Positions 19,050 through 28,706 of a DNA stretch of 64,000 nt are shown here, one piece after another. This stretch comes from Polyangiaceae bacterium (GTDB lineage Bacteria > Myxococcota_A > Polyangia > Polyangiales > Polyangiaceae). Made by a program: the position numbers and the translations under genes. Location of the stretch: the NCBI GenBank assembly GCA_044224495.1, contig JBGAKG010000027.1:29521-93520 (forward strand), given 5' to 3'. The notes under the pieces are model-generated. The model did no database searches, was not told the origin of the DNA, and saw only the letters and a program-made list of their open reading frames with translations. Within the stretch, counting starts at the first letter, position 1, and every line of letters starts with the position of its first letter.

Positions 19050-19946
19050 ATGAAACTTTCGAGCGTCGTGCCGCCGCGGCCGTATTCTTCGGCCATGACC
19101 CTGAACACCGAGCTCGCCGCCATCGACGCGGAGCTTCGCCGTGCCCAACCGGAGACCCTGGCTCGCCTGCGCAAAGGTGCGTCGAAGGCAGCGCTCGCCA
19201 AGCTCTCGAAGAAGGTGTTCGGCGGCAAACCCGTGCCCGAGGAGCTCTGCACGTGGTTCGCGTGGCACGACGGCCAGGACGGCTTCGGCTCGATCTCGCC
19301 GCGCGACAACCGCAAGCTGATGTCGATCGACGAGGTCGTCGAGGCGCACGCGTTCCTCGGCGATCCGAGCGAAGAGGTCCAAGGCTGGAAGGCGACCTGG
19401 GTCCCCATCCTCGCGAACGGCGCGGGCGATCACCTCGTCTTCGAGACGGCCGCCCGCGGGCGCGGAGCGCTGATCGGGTACTGGCACGCGGACGACGATC
19501 GTGACGTCGAAGAGAAGAGCTTGCTCGCGTGGGCGACCGCGACGCGCGCCGCGCTCGCTAAGCTCCCCGCGGCGAAGAAGACGACGGCGCCGACGATCTC
19601 GCCGCCGAAGAGCCCGAAGTGGGAGCGTGCGAAGAAGCCGACGCTGGCGCAGCTCGGGAAGCGCCCGGTCGGAACGGCGTTCCGCTTCGAGCACGTCCCG
19701 ATCCACATCGGAAAGCCGAAGCTCACGGTCCTGCTCGTCAAGATCGGCGACGCCGAGTGGGTGCACGCGCGCGTCCCCGCCAAACAGGATGGGCTCGCCA
19801 CGGCGGCGCGCTCGCTCCGCGACGGCAAAGCCCTCCGCCGCAACCCGATCCAGGCGCACGAGCTCTTCGGCGACATGTCGCGCTGGACGGGGGCCAAGGT
19901 CGTCCCCCACGACGAGCTCTTCGAGACCCGAGTCACGGTGGGTTGA
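19050..19946 (+). CDS. SMI1/KNR4 (SUKH superfamily) domain protein
   Basis: LCTWFAWHDGQ, GDHLVFE and the overall length fit SMI1/KNR4. The start is chosen in the frame of ORF 18252..19946. The stop overlaps the pepQ start. Confidence 0.5.
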   Translation: MKLSSVVPPRPYSSAMTLNTELAAIDAELRRAQPETLARLRKGASKAALAKLSKKVFGGKPVPEELCTWFAWHDGQDGFGSISPRDNRKLMSIDEVVEAHAFLGDPSEEVQGWKATWVPILANGAGDHLVFETAARGRGALIGYWHADDDRDVEEKSLLAWATATRAALAKLPAAKKTTAPTISPPKSPKWERAKKPTLAQLGKRPVGTAFRFEHVPIHIGKPKLTVLLVKIGDAEWVHARVPAKQDGLATAARSLRDGKALRRNPIQAHELFGDMSRWTGAKVVPHDELFETRVTVG

Positions 19947-19948
19947 CC

Positions 19949-21262
19949 ATGGACCTCGCCGCCCTCCACCGAGCCCACGTCGCCGCGCTCCAAGCCGCGT
20001 ACGAGCGCATCCTCTCCGAATCCGGACTCGATGCGCTCCTGATCCACGCCGGATCGATCGTGCTGAAGACCCAGGCCGACGATCAGTATTGGCCCCTGCG
20101 TCCCACGCCGCACTTCCACCACTGGCTCCCGCTGACCGAGCCGGAAGCCGCTCTCCTCGTACGCGGCGGACAGAAGCCGCTCCTCCTGCGCCCCGCCGAA
20201 GAGAGCATCTGGGAGTCGCCCGTGCCGCTGCCGGCGCCGTTCCTGCTCGAGCCGTTCGCGGTCGAGAAGTACGCGAAGTGGGAGCAGGTGAAATCCCACC
20301 TGCCGGGGCGCGTCGCGTTCGTCGGCGACGCGGGCGCGCGCGGGGCCGCGCTCGGCATCGAGCGCGTGAACGAGAAGACCCTCGTCGCCAAGCTCGATGC
20401 GCTGCGCGTGGAGAAGAGCGCCTACGAGATCGCCTGCTTGGCGGAGGCGAACCGGGTCGCCGCGCGTGGGCACGTGCGCGTGCGCGATGCGTTCTTCGCC
20501 GGCGAGACGTCGGAGCTCGCGCTCCACCTCCTGTTCCTCTCGGCCACCGCGCAGGACGACCCCGAGACGCCCTACAAGAACATCGTCGCGCTCGGCCCCC
20601 ACGCCGCCACGCTCCACCACGTGACCTACGCGAAGGACGCGGCCGGCGCGCCGTCCCTGCTGCTCGACGCGGGCGCGACGTACCTGGGCTACTGCTCGGA
20701 CGTGACGCGCACCCACGTCGCGCCGCGCGGGGGTGCCGGCGCCGAGACGTTCGCGGCGATGGTGAGCGCGATGGACGCGATGCAGCAGAGGCTCGCCGCC
20801 CACGCGCGGCTCGGGCGCCCCTACGAGGAGCTCCACGACGAGTCCCACCGCGAGGTGAGCCAGATCCTGCATGATACCAAATTGGTACGACTCTCGGCCG
20901 CCGAGATCGACGCCCAGGGCATCAGCCGGGCCTTCTACCCGCACGGGCTCGGGCACTCGCTCGGCCTCCAGTGCCACGACGTCGGCTGCGCGACCACGAA
21001 GCCGCGGCCCGACAACCCGTTCCTCCGCAACACCACGAAGATCGCGCCGGGGCAGTGCTTCACGATCGAGCCCGGCCTCTACTTCATCGCCCCGCTCCTC
21101 GCGAAGCTGCGCTCCGAGCCCGCCGGCAAGCACGTCGATTGGGCGCTCGTCGAGGCGCTCACGCCGTTCGGCGGCATCCGGATCGAGGACGACATCGTGG
21201 TCGAGGCCACCGGCCCGGTGAAGAACCTCACGCGCGAGGTCCTCGACGAGCGGAAGGCATGA
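19949..21262 (+). CDS. pepQ: Xaa-Pro dipeptidase (M24B)
   Basis: N-terminal PepQ-type domain plus the M24 metal ligands (HGLGHSLGLQCHDVG, IEPGLY, IRIEDD). Contains 17-nt palindrome copy C in frame (DTKLVR). Confidence 0.85.
   Translation: MDLAALHRAHVAALQAAYERILSESGLDALLIHAGSIVLKTQADDQYWPLRPTPHFHHWLPLTEPEAALLVRGGQKPLLLRPAEESIWESPVPLPAPFLLEPFAVEKYAKWEQVKSHLPGRVAFVGDAGARGAALGIERVNEKTLVAKLDALRVEKSAYEIACLAEANRVAARGHVRVRDAFFAGETSELALHLLFLSATAQDDPETPYKNIVALGPHAATLHHVTYAKDAAGAPSLLLDAGATYLGYCSDVTRTHVAPRGGAGAETFAAMVSAMDAMQQRLAAHARLGRPYEELHDESHREVSQILHDTKLVRLSAAEIDAQGISRAFYPHGLGHSLGLQCHDVGCATTKPRPDNPFLRNTTKIAPGQCFTIEPGLYFIAPLLAKLRSEPAGKHVDWALVEALTPFGGIRIEDDIVVEATGPVKNLTREVLDERKA
20873..20889. repeat. 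17-nt near-palindrome GATACCAAATTGGTACG (copy C, 15/17 identity)
   Basis: Lies inside pepQ. Confidence 0.5.
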
Positions 21263-22026
21263 TCGTCTTCGTGGGGCACGGCCCTCCGACGCTCGCGCTG
21301 GAGCCGAAGAAAGGCGCGGAGCTCCGCGCGATCCTCGGGGACGCGCCCGTGCCCCGCGCGGTGCTCGTGATCTCGGCGCACTTCGTGACCGAGGCCCTCA
21401 CCCTCGGAGCCACGCGCACGCAGCCGCTCATCTACGACTTCACCGGCTTCCCCGCGCAGCTCCTCAACGTTCGGTACCCCGCGCCGGGCGCCCCGGAGCT
21501 CGCCGACGAGCTGCGTGGGGCGCTCACCGAGCTCGCGCTCGAAGAGGCCCCCGAGCGCGGGCTCGATCACGGCGCGTGGACCCCGCTCGTCCACATGCTC
21601 CCCGGCGCGAAGGTGCCGGTGCTCGAGCTCTCGCTCGCGTGGCTCGACGCGCCCGGGAAGCTCGGTGCGCTGGGAGAAGCGCTCGCGCGGGTACCCTCGA
21701 TCGCAGCGGGGGAGACGCTCGTGCTCGCGAGCGGCAACCTCGTCCACAACCTCCGGACGCTGGACTGGAACCAACGGCCGTCGCCGCCGGGCTGGGCGCT
21801 CGAGTTCGACGCTTTCGTCGAGGAGGCGCTCCTTCGCAGCGACCTCGATGGGCTCGTTCGGTTCCGCGAACAACCCAGCGCCCGACTCGCCCACCCGACC
21901 CCGGAGCACTTCCTGCCTCTTCTCCCGGTCGCCACCCTCGCGCACGTGCTCGGGAAGAAGCCGGAGTTCCCGGTCCTCGGCTTCGAGCTCGGGAGCATCG
22001 GGCGGCGCTGCGTCAGGTGGGTGTGA
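21259..22026 (+). CDS. LigB-family extradiol ring-cleavage dioxygenase (class III, YgiD/DODA-like)
   Basis: Start ATGA overlaps the pepQ stop. HGPPTLALEP and VLVISAHF belong to the class III extradiol dioxygenase family. Confidence 0.7.
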   Translation: MIVFVGHGPPTLALEPKKGAELRAILGDAPVPRAVLVISAHFVTEALTLGATRTQPLIYDFTGFPAQLLNVRYPAPGAPELADELRGALTELALEEAPERGLDHGAWTPLVHMLPGAKVPVLELSLAWLDAPGKLGALGEALARVPSIAAGETLVLASGNLVHNLRTLDWNQRPSPPGWALEFDAFVEEALLRSDLDGLVRFREQPSARLAHPTPEHFLPLLPVATLAHVLGKKPEFPVLGFELGSIGRRCVRWV

Positions 22027-22029
22027 ACG

Positions 22030-23514
22030 TCACGCGATCCGCTCGGTGAACGGCGCCACCGCTTCGTCGACGTGGACGAGCGCGTCCGCGAACGCCCGCG
22101 CGGACGGCGGCCGCTCCGCTTTCTCCTTCGCCAGCGTCTTCGCGAGCAGGACGTCGACCGCAGGCGGGCACGGCTTCGGCGCGAGCGAGGAAGCGGCCGG
22201 CGGGAGCTCGGCGAGGAGGCGCGCGTAGACGGCGGCGATCGTCCGATCGAAGAACGGCGGCGCCCCGGTGAGCATCTCGAAGAGCACGGCGCCGAGCGCG
22301 TAGACGTCGCTCCGCTCGTCGAGCGGTTCGCCGCGCGCCTGCTCCGGCGACATGTAGAGCGGCGTCCCCAGCGCGGCGCCCGTCATCGTGATGCGCGAGA
22401 CCGCGACCTCGGCCGTCGTCTTCACGAGCCCGAAGTCGAGGAGCACCGCCCGCTCCTTGCCGCCCGGCTGCGGCACCAGACACACGTTCGACGGCTTCAG
22501 GTCGCGGTGGAGCAACCCGGCGTCGTGCGCGGCCGCCAACGCGTACGCGAGCTCGAGCGCGATCCGCTTCGCGTCGTCCCACGGGAGGCTGCCGACGCGC
22601 GTCAGGCGCTGCTCCAGCGTCTCGCCCTCGAGCAGGTCCATCACCATGTAGGGCATCGCGCCTTCGCGGTGGAAGTCGTGGACCGCGACGATGTTCGGGT
22701 GCCCGAGCGCGCTCGCCGCGAGCGCCTCTCGCTCGAAGCGCTTGATCGCATCGGGATCGCCGCTCGCGGCCGCCGGCAGCACCTTCAGTGCGTACTTGCG
22801 GCCCGTGCGGAGGTGGCGCGCGACCCACACCTCGCCCATGCCGCCCGCGCCGAGGGGCGCCTCGAGCTGGTAGGTGCCGCCGAACACCGCGCCCGCCTCG
22901 GCGCGCGAGGCCGGCGGCGGCGGGGTCGACGCGCCCTGCCGGTGCACCTGCGCCGCCATCGCGTTCAGCGCCGTGCCGTAGGCGACCTGGTTGCCGCCTT
23001 GCGGCGCGAGCGCGTGGGCGGCCGGCGGATGCGACGGATGCGACGCATAGGGACCGGGCGCGGCCGGCTGCGCCGCGCGCTGATCGTCCTCGGGCGTGCG
23101 CTCGAGGATGCCGTCGGTCATCGCCTCGAGCATGACGCCCTCGGCGGCCTCCGCGGTGAGCCCGAGCTTCGCCTGCACGTCTTCGCGGTACATCGTCGCG
23201 CGCACGCGCCCGAGCGTCGCGAGCTCGCGGAGCGTCTTGATCCGCCCCCGCGCGGCGAGCCCGCGCCAGAACGCGAACACGCCCAACATGATCGGCATCA
23301 GACCGAAGAAGATCGCGAGCACGAACCCGCCGCGCCGCTCCCAGAGCGAGCTGCCGTCGGGCACGACGACGATCAGGATCCCCATCAGGAGGAAGAACGA
23401 CCCGACCAGGATCGCCGGCACCGACGCGATGAAATAGATGATCGACCGCGTCTGGAGCGAGACGTGCTTGATCTCGTAGCGATCGAGGCGGATCCGCATC
23501 GTCTCGCCGCCCAC
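22030..23514 (-). CDS. Hanks-type Ser/Thr protein kinase with N-terminal transmembrane region
   Basis: Two TM helices, then the kinase subdomains GAGGMGEVW, ALKVL, HRDLKPSN, DFGL and SPEQ. Confidence 0.85.
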   Translation of the reverse strand: MGGETMRIRLDRYEIKHVSLQTRSIIYFIASVPAILVGSFFLLMGILIVVVPDGSSLWERRGGFVLAIFFGLMPIMLGVFAFWRGLAARGRIKTLRELATLGRVRATMYREDVQAKLGLTAEAAEGVMLEAMTDGILERTPEDDQRAAQPAAPGPYASHPSHPPAAHALAPQGGNQVAYGTALNAMAAQVHRQGASTPPPPASRAEAGAVFGGTYQLEAPLGAGGMGEVWVARHLRTGRKYALKVLPAAASGDPDAIKRFEREALAASALGHPNIVAVHDFHREGAMPYMVMDLLEGETLEQRLTRVGSLPWDDAKRIALELAYALAAAHDAGLLHRDLKPSNVCLVPQPGGKERAVLLDFGLVKTTAEVAVSRITMTGAALGTPLYMSPEQARGEPLDERSDVYALGAVLFEMLTGAPPFFDRTIAAVYARLLAELPPAASSLAPKPCPPAVDVLLAKTLAKEKAERPPSARAFADALVHVDEAVAPFTERIA

Positions 23515-23546
23515 TGTAGCCCAAGACCCGCTATCTTGCCCCGTGC

Positions 23547-25868
23547 GTGGCTCCGCCTCCCCTCGCCTTCCGCGCCGCCGATCTCGGCGCGCTCGATGCG
23601 CTCGCCGACGAGCTCGAGGGCGAGGCGCTCCTCATCACGGGGCCCCCGGGCGTCGGCAAGACGGCGCTCGCGGAGACGTTCGCGCGCGCGCGCGGCGGGC
23701 GCGCACGCACGGTGAGCTTGGGGTCGCTCGACGGCGTGGCCGCGCTCGAGGACGCGCTCGCCGCGGTGAGCGACGCCGACGCGGGCGAGCGCATCCTCCC
23801 GGACGTGCTCGTCGCCGACGATCTGCGGACGCGCGAGATCGGCGCCGTGTTCGCCGCGCTCGCGGAGCGGAACCCGGCGACCCTCGTGCTCGTGACGACC
23901 AACGATCGCACGCTCGTCCCCGGTGCGCGCGTGCACGAGGTGCGTCCCCTCGCCGTCGACGACGCGAGCGCGCTCCTCGTGCAGCTCGCGAAGCGCATCG
24001 ACGCGGCGTGGGCGCCGGCCCCCGCCGACGGACCGAACCTCCGCGCGATCGCAGAGCTGACCTCGGGGCTCCCGCTCGGCTTGGCGCTCGCAGCGGCGCG
24101 CCTCCCGATCCTCGGGGCGCGTGCGCTCCGCTTCCGGCTCGAGAAGAGCTTCGACGTGCTGGCGCGCGGAGCGGGCGGCGGGAAGAGCGCGCTCGAGCTC
24201 TCGATCGCCGCCTCGCTCGACGCGCTCGAGCCCGGGCCGCGCGCCGTCCTCGCGCGGGTGGCACTGTTCACGCACCCGTTCGGCGCCGCGGCCGCCGAAG
24301 CGACGGCGCAGGGCACGGGCGACGTGCTCGATGCGCTCGGCGTACTGCGCGCCGCCAACCTGATCGAAGCCACCACCGAGGAAGGCGAGGTCCACTTCTC
24401 CGTCCCCCGCGCGATCGCCCGCGTCGCCGCCGACGAGCGCGCGCGGGAGGCGTTCGACGAGCGGCACGCGGAGTACTTCGCCACGCTGGCCGAGCGCGGA
24501 GCGCACGACGAACTGTGGCGCGAGCGCGAGCAGATCTTCGACGTGGCCCGGCGCATCCTCGCGCTCAAGCCGCTCACGGCGCGCCGCGCCGAGCCCGCGC
24601 TGCGTGCGCTCCTGGCGCTCGGGCCCCGGATCTTCGACGAAGCCGCGAGCGAGACGCTCGACGCGCTCTCCGCCGCGACGCTCCGCGCGACGCAAGGCTC
24701 GGGGGCTCAGCCTGGCCTGATCGCGGGGCTCCAGTGGCTGCGGGGTGCCCTCGCGCGCCGGCGCGGGCAAGAGCGCGCGTCGAACGATCTCGTGGCCGCG
24801 CTGTCGGTCGCGCGAACGATCGGGGATCGCACGCTCGATGCGCGCTGCACCGTCGAGCTCGGGCACCTCCTCGCCGCGCGCGGAGAGCTCACCGAGGCGG
24901 AGGAGCACTTCGTCCGCGCAGCGCCCGAGCTCCAAGGTGAAGAGCGCGCCGCCGCTCTCGCGGCCGCCGGTGACGCCGCGCGGGAGCGCGGGGAGCTCTT
25001 CGAAGCCACGCTCCACGTCGTTCGCGCGGAGGAGCTCGATCCCGAGCTCCCGGCCGTGCGGAGGGCTCGGATGGCGCTCGCGCTCGACGAGGCGACCTCG
25101 GACGCGCGCACCCGAGCGCGCGACGTGTTCCTCGGGCACGCGCTCCACGACGAAGGCGAGCTCGACGGCGCGCGCGAGGCCTATCGCAACGTCGGCGCGC
25201 GCGGGTTCGAGGGCATCGTCCTGGTGGAGCTCGGCAACGACGCGGAGGCGTGGGTGCTCCTCGGCGATGCCGTCGCGCGCGCGGCGCAACGCCCGGCCGA
25301 CGGCCCGACGACCGCGCTCTTCGCGGGGTGGCTCGCGCACCTCGCCCGGAAGCTGGGACGCACGGCGGAGGCCGACCAGCGCGCGACCGAAGCGCGCTCG
25401 CTCGCCGCGCGGGTGAAGCGCCCCTGGGTGGATGCCGTCCTCGCGCTCGTGCTCGGCGGCGCGGGCTCGCCCACGCACGAGACGACGCGCAGCGTGCACG
25501 TCCGGATCGCTCGGCGCATCGTCGAAGCCGCTCCGACCGAGCGCACGGCGGTCCCGCCGCCCGACGCGCTCGTCGTCGGCGAAGGCGGCGCGTGGTTCCG
25601 TGCGCCCGGGCGCGCCGAGGCGACGCCGCTCCGCACGCGGAAGAACCTCGCCCGGATCGTCGAGGCGCTCGCACGCGAGCCCGCCCGGAGCTTCACCGCG
25701 AGCGACCTCTTCGCGGTGGGCTGGCCCGGCGAGCGGGCGTTGGGCCCCGCCAGCGCGCACCGCGTCCGCGTGGCGGTGGCGACCCTGCGGAAGATGGGCC
25801 TGGATGCGGTCATCGCCCGGCGCGGCGAGGGCTGGGGAATCGCGGAAGGCGTCGTCGTCCGGATTTGA
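23547..25868 (+). CDS. P-loop NTPase (AAA/STAND-like) with TPR-like repeats and C-terminal OmpR-type winged-helix domain; putative regulator
   Basis: Walker A GPPGVGKT. Long helical repeat region. The C-terminus RVRVAVATLRKMGL...ARRGEGWGI resembles an OmpR/PhoB-type trans_reg_C domain. Divergent from the kinase gene. Confidence 0.6.
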   Translation: MAPPPLAFRAADLGALDALADELEGEALLITGPPGVGKTALAETFARARGGRARTVSLGSLDGVAALEDALAAVSDADAGERILPDVLVADDLRTREIGAVFAALAERNPATLVLVTTNDRTLVPGARVHEVRPLAVDDASALLVQLAKRIDAAWAPAPADGPNLRAIAELTSGLPLGLALAAARLPILGARALRFRLEKSFDVLARGAGGGKSALELSIAASLDALEPGPRAVLARVALFTHPFGAAAAEATAQGTGDVLDALGVLRAANLIEATTEEGEVHFSVPRAIARVAADERAREAFDERHAEYFATLAERGAHDELWREREQIFDVARRILALKPLTARRAEPALRALLALGPRIFDEAASETLDALSAATLRATQGSGAQPGLIAGLQWLRGALARRRGQERASNDLVAALSVARTIGDRTLDARCTVELGHLLAARGELTEAEEHFVRAAPELQGEERAAALAAAGDAARERGELFEATLHVVRAEELDPELPAVRRARMALALDEATSDARTRARDVFLGHALHDEGELDGAREAYRNVGARGFEGIVLVELGNDAEAWVLLGDAVARAAQRPADGPTTALFAGWLAHLARKLGRTAEADQRATEARSLAARVKRPWVDAVLALVLGGAGSPTHETTRSVHVRIARRIVEAAPTERTAVPPPDALVVGEGGAWFRAPGRAEATPLRTRKNLARIVEALAREPARSFTASDLFAVGWPGERALGPASAHRVRVAVATLRKMGLDAVIARRGEGWGIAEGVVVRI

Positions 25869-25957
25869 TGCGGCTTTGATGGGGGGTTGATGCCCCGCTC
25901 CCGTAACACCTCCCCGCGAGCAGGACAGCTCGCAGAGAGACGAGAGGGAGATTCATC

Positions 25958-26734
25958 ATGGTCGCGTTGGGTATGGTCATCGTCGCGTTCGGGCTCATCG
26001 GCATCATCTACGGCGTCTTCATGAAGATGAAGGCGGGGCGCGTCGCGGGCGCGCCGCTCGCGAGCACGGGCGGCGCGGCGCGGGGCGAGGGCGCGGCCCC
26101 CAACGGCGCCATCGCCGCGCAGGGACGCGTGGTCGTGCAGAACCCGCTCACCTCGCCGATGACCGGCACGCCGTGCCTCTATTACAAAATCGAGACGGTC
26201 GCCTCGTGGAAGGTCGGTGACCAGACGAAGACGAAGACCATCGACGAGCAGAAGCACGCCGCGCAGTTCGGCATCGACGACGGCAGCGGCGTCGTCTGGG
26301 TCGACGCGCACGAAGGCGGCGACTTCGAGCCCGAGCAGGTCCGCGAGCAGACGCAGACGCCGGGGCTCCTCGGCGGCATCACCGGAACCGATCTCGCGTT
26401 CGGCAACTACCGCGTCTCGACGGGCGCGCTCGCGATGGGCACCAAGTACACCGTCAAGGAGCGCGTCCTCCCGATTCAGCAGAACCTCTACGCCTGCGGC
26501 AAGGCGGCGAGCGGCTCGATCGCCGCCCCGGGCTGGCGCCAGCTGATCCTCTCGAACAAGTCGCGTGACGAGCTGCTCGCGTCGGCGACGAAGACGGCGA
26601 AGATCTCGCTCATCGCCGGTGCCGCAGCGTTCGCCCTCGGCGGAGCCCTGGCCGTCGTCGGTCAGCTCGTCGGCGGGGACGAAGCGCCGAAGCCCACGAC
26701 GGCGGTCCAAGCCGACGGCCCGAGCGGCGGCTGA
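25958..26734 (+). CDS. two-TM membrane protein, GIDE-domain-like (tentative)
   Basis: N- and C-terminal TM helices. The central motifs SPMTGTPCLYYKIE and LILSNKSRDELL resemble the GIDE family. Confidence 0.4.
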   Translation: MVALGMVIVAFGLIGIIYGVFMKMKAGRVAGAPLASTGGAARGEGAAPNGAIAAQGRVVVQNPLTSPMTGTPCLYYKIETVASWKVGDQTKTKTIDEQKHAAQFGIDDGSGVVWVDAHEGGDFEPEQVREQTQTPGLLGGITGTDLAFGNYRVSTGALAMGTKYTVKERVLPIQQNLYACGKAASGSIAAPGWRQLILSNKSRDELLASATKTAKISLIAGAAAFALGGALAVVGQLVGGDEAPKPTTAVQADGPSGG

Positions 26735-26764
26735 CCCCACACTCTCCGATTCACGGCTTGGCTT

Positions 26765-26810
26765 GCGCCGCAGCGTTCCGTCCGGGAGCGCTGCGGCGCT
26801 GATCTATTTC
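26765..26810. terminator. bidirectional intrinsic terminator candidate
   Basis: An 11-bp perfect stem GCGCCGCAGCG/CGCTGCGGCGC with a 13-nt loop, followed by TGATCTATTTCGG. Sits between two convergent genes. Confidence 0.55.
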
Positions 26811-26813
26811 GGG

Positions 26814-27977
26814 TCAGAGCTTCGGCGCGACGAAACCGCGCTCGGGCTTCCCGAAGAGGTACCCCTGCATCAGGTTGCACCCGAGCTCCACCAGCGCATC
26901 GCGCTCGGCCGGGCGCTCGACGTTCTTCGCCACCACCTGCATCCCGATCTCCCGACACTCGTCGACCATCGTGCGCACGACGAACTGACGCGGGCGCTCC
27001 TCGGCGATGTTGTCGATGAGCGGCCGCGCGAGCTTGGTGTACGCGGGCGCGAACGCCGCGAAGCGCGAGAGCCCCGTGTCGCTCACGCCGAAATCGTCGA
27101 CCGCGAACGCACAGCCGGCGTTCCGGAGCTCGACCGCCGAGCGCGTGGCATCCACGATCGACGCGAGCGACGAGCGCTCGCTGATCTCCAGCACCGTGCG
27201 CGCGCGCAGAGCGGCGGGAAGTTGGTTCACGAACGCCTTCGCATCCGCGAGATCGAGCGGGAGCACCTTGAGGAACGCGAGCGCTCCGTCGGGGAGGTTC
27301 GCCGCGTCGGCGACGAACCGCTCGCGGAGGGTCTTCCCGAGCAGCGGCAGACGCCCGATCCGCTCGGCGGCTTCGAACACGAGCATCGGCTGATTGAGAT
27401 CGGCGTCCTCCGACCGAAGGAACGCTTCCCAGCCGACGACCTTGCGCGCCGCCACGTCGACGACGGGTTGGTAGGCGAGGTAGATGTGCTTGAGCGCCCG
27501 CTGGAAACGCGTGACGAGCGCCGCCACGTCGCCCATCTGCTTCTCGCCGCTTCCGCTCAGCCGCCGCAGCTCGCGCCGCGCACGCGCGATGCGGCCGAGG
27601 CCGATCGCCTCCTTCACGGCGCCGACGAGCGACTTCTGATCGAGCGGCTTGACCAACGTGCGGAGCGCCCCGTGCTCGACGGCCTTGAGCGAGAGCGGCT
27701 CGCTGATGGCGCCAGTGACGAGGATCACGGGTACGTCCAAATCGACGGTGCGCACGTGCTCCAAGAGCGCGATCCCGTCCATCTTGGGCATCCAGATGTC
27801 GCTCACGACGAGGTCGAACTGCGCTTCCTCCAGCGCAGCGAGCGCGGCCTCGCCGCTTCGCGCCGTGCGGATCTTGACCCCCGCACGCTCCAGGATTCGC
27901 GCGTGCGCGCGCAACACTTCCTCGTCGTCGTCCACGAGGAGGACCCCGCCCTCCGTCCGTCCTTCGCTGGCACTCAC
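26814..27977 (-). CDS. response regulator receiver + EAL domain protein (c-di-GMP phosphodiesterase)
   Basis: REC domain with the D-D-K pattern (LLVDDDEEV...DLVVSDIWMP). EAL signatures include EISE, LKVLPLDL, AVDDFG, and QGYLFGKP. Confidence 0.85.
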   Translation of the reverse strand: MSASEGRTEGGVLLVDDDEEVLRAHARILERAGVKIRTARSGEAALAALEEAQFDLVVSDIWMPKMDGIALLEHVRTVDLDVPVILVTGAISEPLSLKAVEHGALRTLVKPLDQKSLVGAVKEAIGLGRIARARRELRRLSGSGEKQMGDVAALVTRFQRALKHIYLAYQPVVDVAARKVVGWEAFLRSEDADLNQPMLVFEAAERIGRLPLLGKTLRERFVADAANLPDGALAFLKVLPLDLADAKAFVNQLPAALRARTVLEISERSSLASIVDATRSAVELRNAGCAFAVDDFGVSDTGLSRFAAFAPAYTKLARPLIDNIAEERPRQFVVRTMVDECREIGMQVVAKNVERPAERDALVELGCNLMQGYLFGKPERGFVAPKL

Positions 27978-27994
27978 TTCCGCCAGGATACGAT

Positions 27995-28705
27995 ATGCTC
28001 GCGCGCATGGCCAAAGTGCGAACGCTCGCGATCGACATCGGTGGAACCGGTCTCAAAGCGCTCATCCTCGATCACGCCGGCAAGCCCGTCGTCGAGCGCG
28101 TTCGCGTGGAGACCCCGCGCCCTGCGAAACCTGCGCTCGTCATCGATGCGCTGGTCGGGATAGTCAAAGGTCTCGGGGACTTCGACCGCATCTCGGTCGG
28201 TTTCCCGGGCGTCGTGGTGGACGGCGTCACCCACACCGCCCCCAACCTGGACCCGTCCTGGGCGCGCTTCCCGCTCGCGAAGGAGCTCCAGAAGCGGCTC
28301 GGAAAACCCGCCCGCGTCCTCAACGACGCCGGCGTGCAGGGTTACGGCGTCATCTCCGGCAAGGGCACGGAGATGGTCCTCACGCTCGGCACCGGGATGG
28401 GCTGCGCGCTCTACGTCGACGGGCGCTACGTCCCCAACCTGGAGCTCGCGCACCACCCGTTCCGCCACGGCAAGACGTACGAGGAGTACATCGGCAACAA
28501 GGCGCTCGACAAAGTCGGGAAGAAACAGTGGAACAAGCGCGTCGCGCGCGTGATCGCGGCCATCGAGCCCATCTTCAACCCGACGCGCATCTACTTGGGC
28601 GGCGGCAACGCGAAGAAGCTCAAGCAGAAGCTCCCGAAGAACGTGACCGTGACCGACAACGTCGCGGGGTTGCTCGGCGGGATCGCGCTCTGGCGCGACG
28701 GCTGA
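27995..28705 (+). CDS. ROK family sugar kinase (polyphosphate glucokinase-like)
   Basis: LAIDIGGTGLKA ATP-binding N-terminus. 236 aa, typical of PpgK-like ROK kinases. Confidence 0.75.
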   Translation: MLARMAKVRTLAIDIGGTGLKALILDHAGKPVVERVRVETPRPAKPALVIDALVGIVKGLGDFDRISVGFPGVVVDGVTHTAPNLDPSWARFPLAKELQKRLGKPARVLNDAGVQGYGVISGKGTEMVLTLGTGMGCALYVDGRYVPNLELAHHPFRHGKTYEEYIGNKALDKVGKKQWNKRVARVIAAIEPIFNPTRIYLGGGNAKKLKQKLPKNVTVTDNVAGLLGGIALWRDG

Positions 28706-28706
28706 G

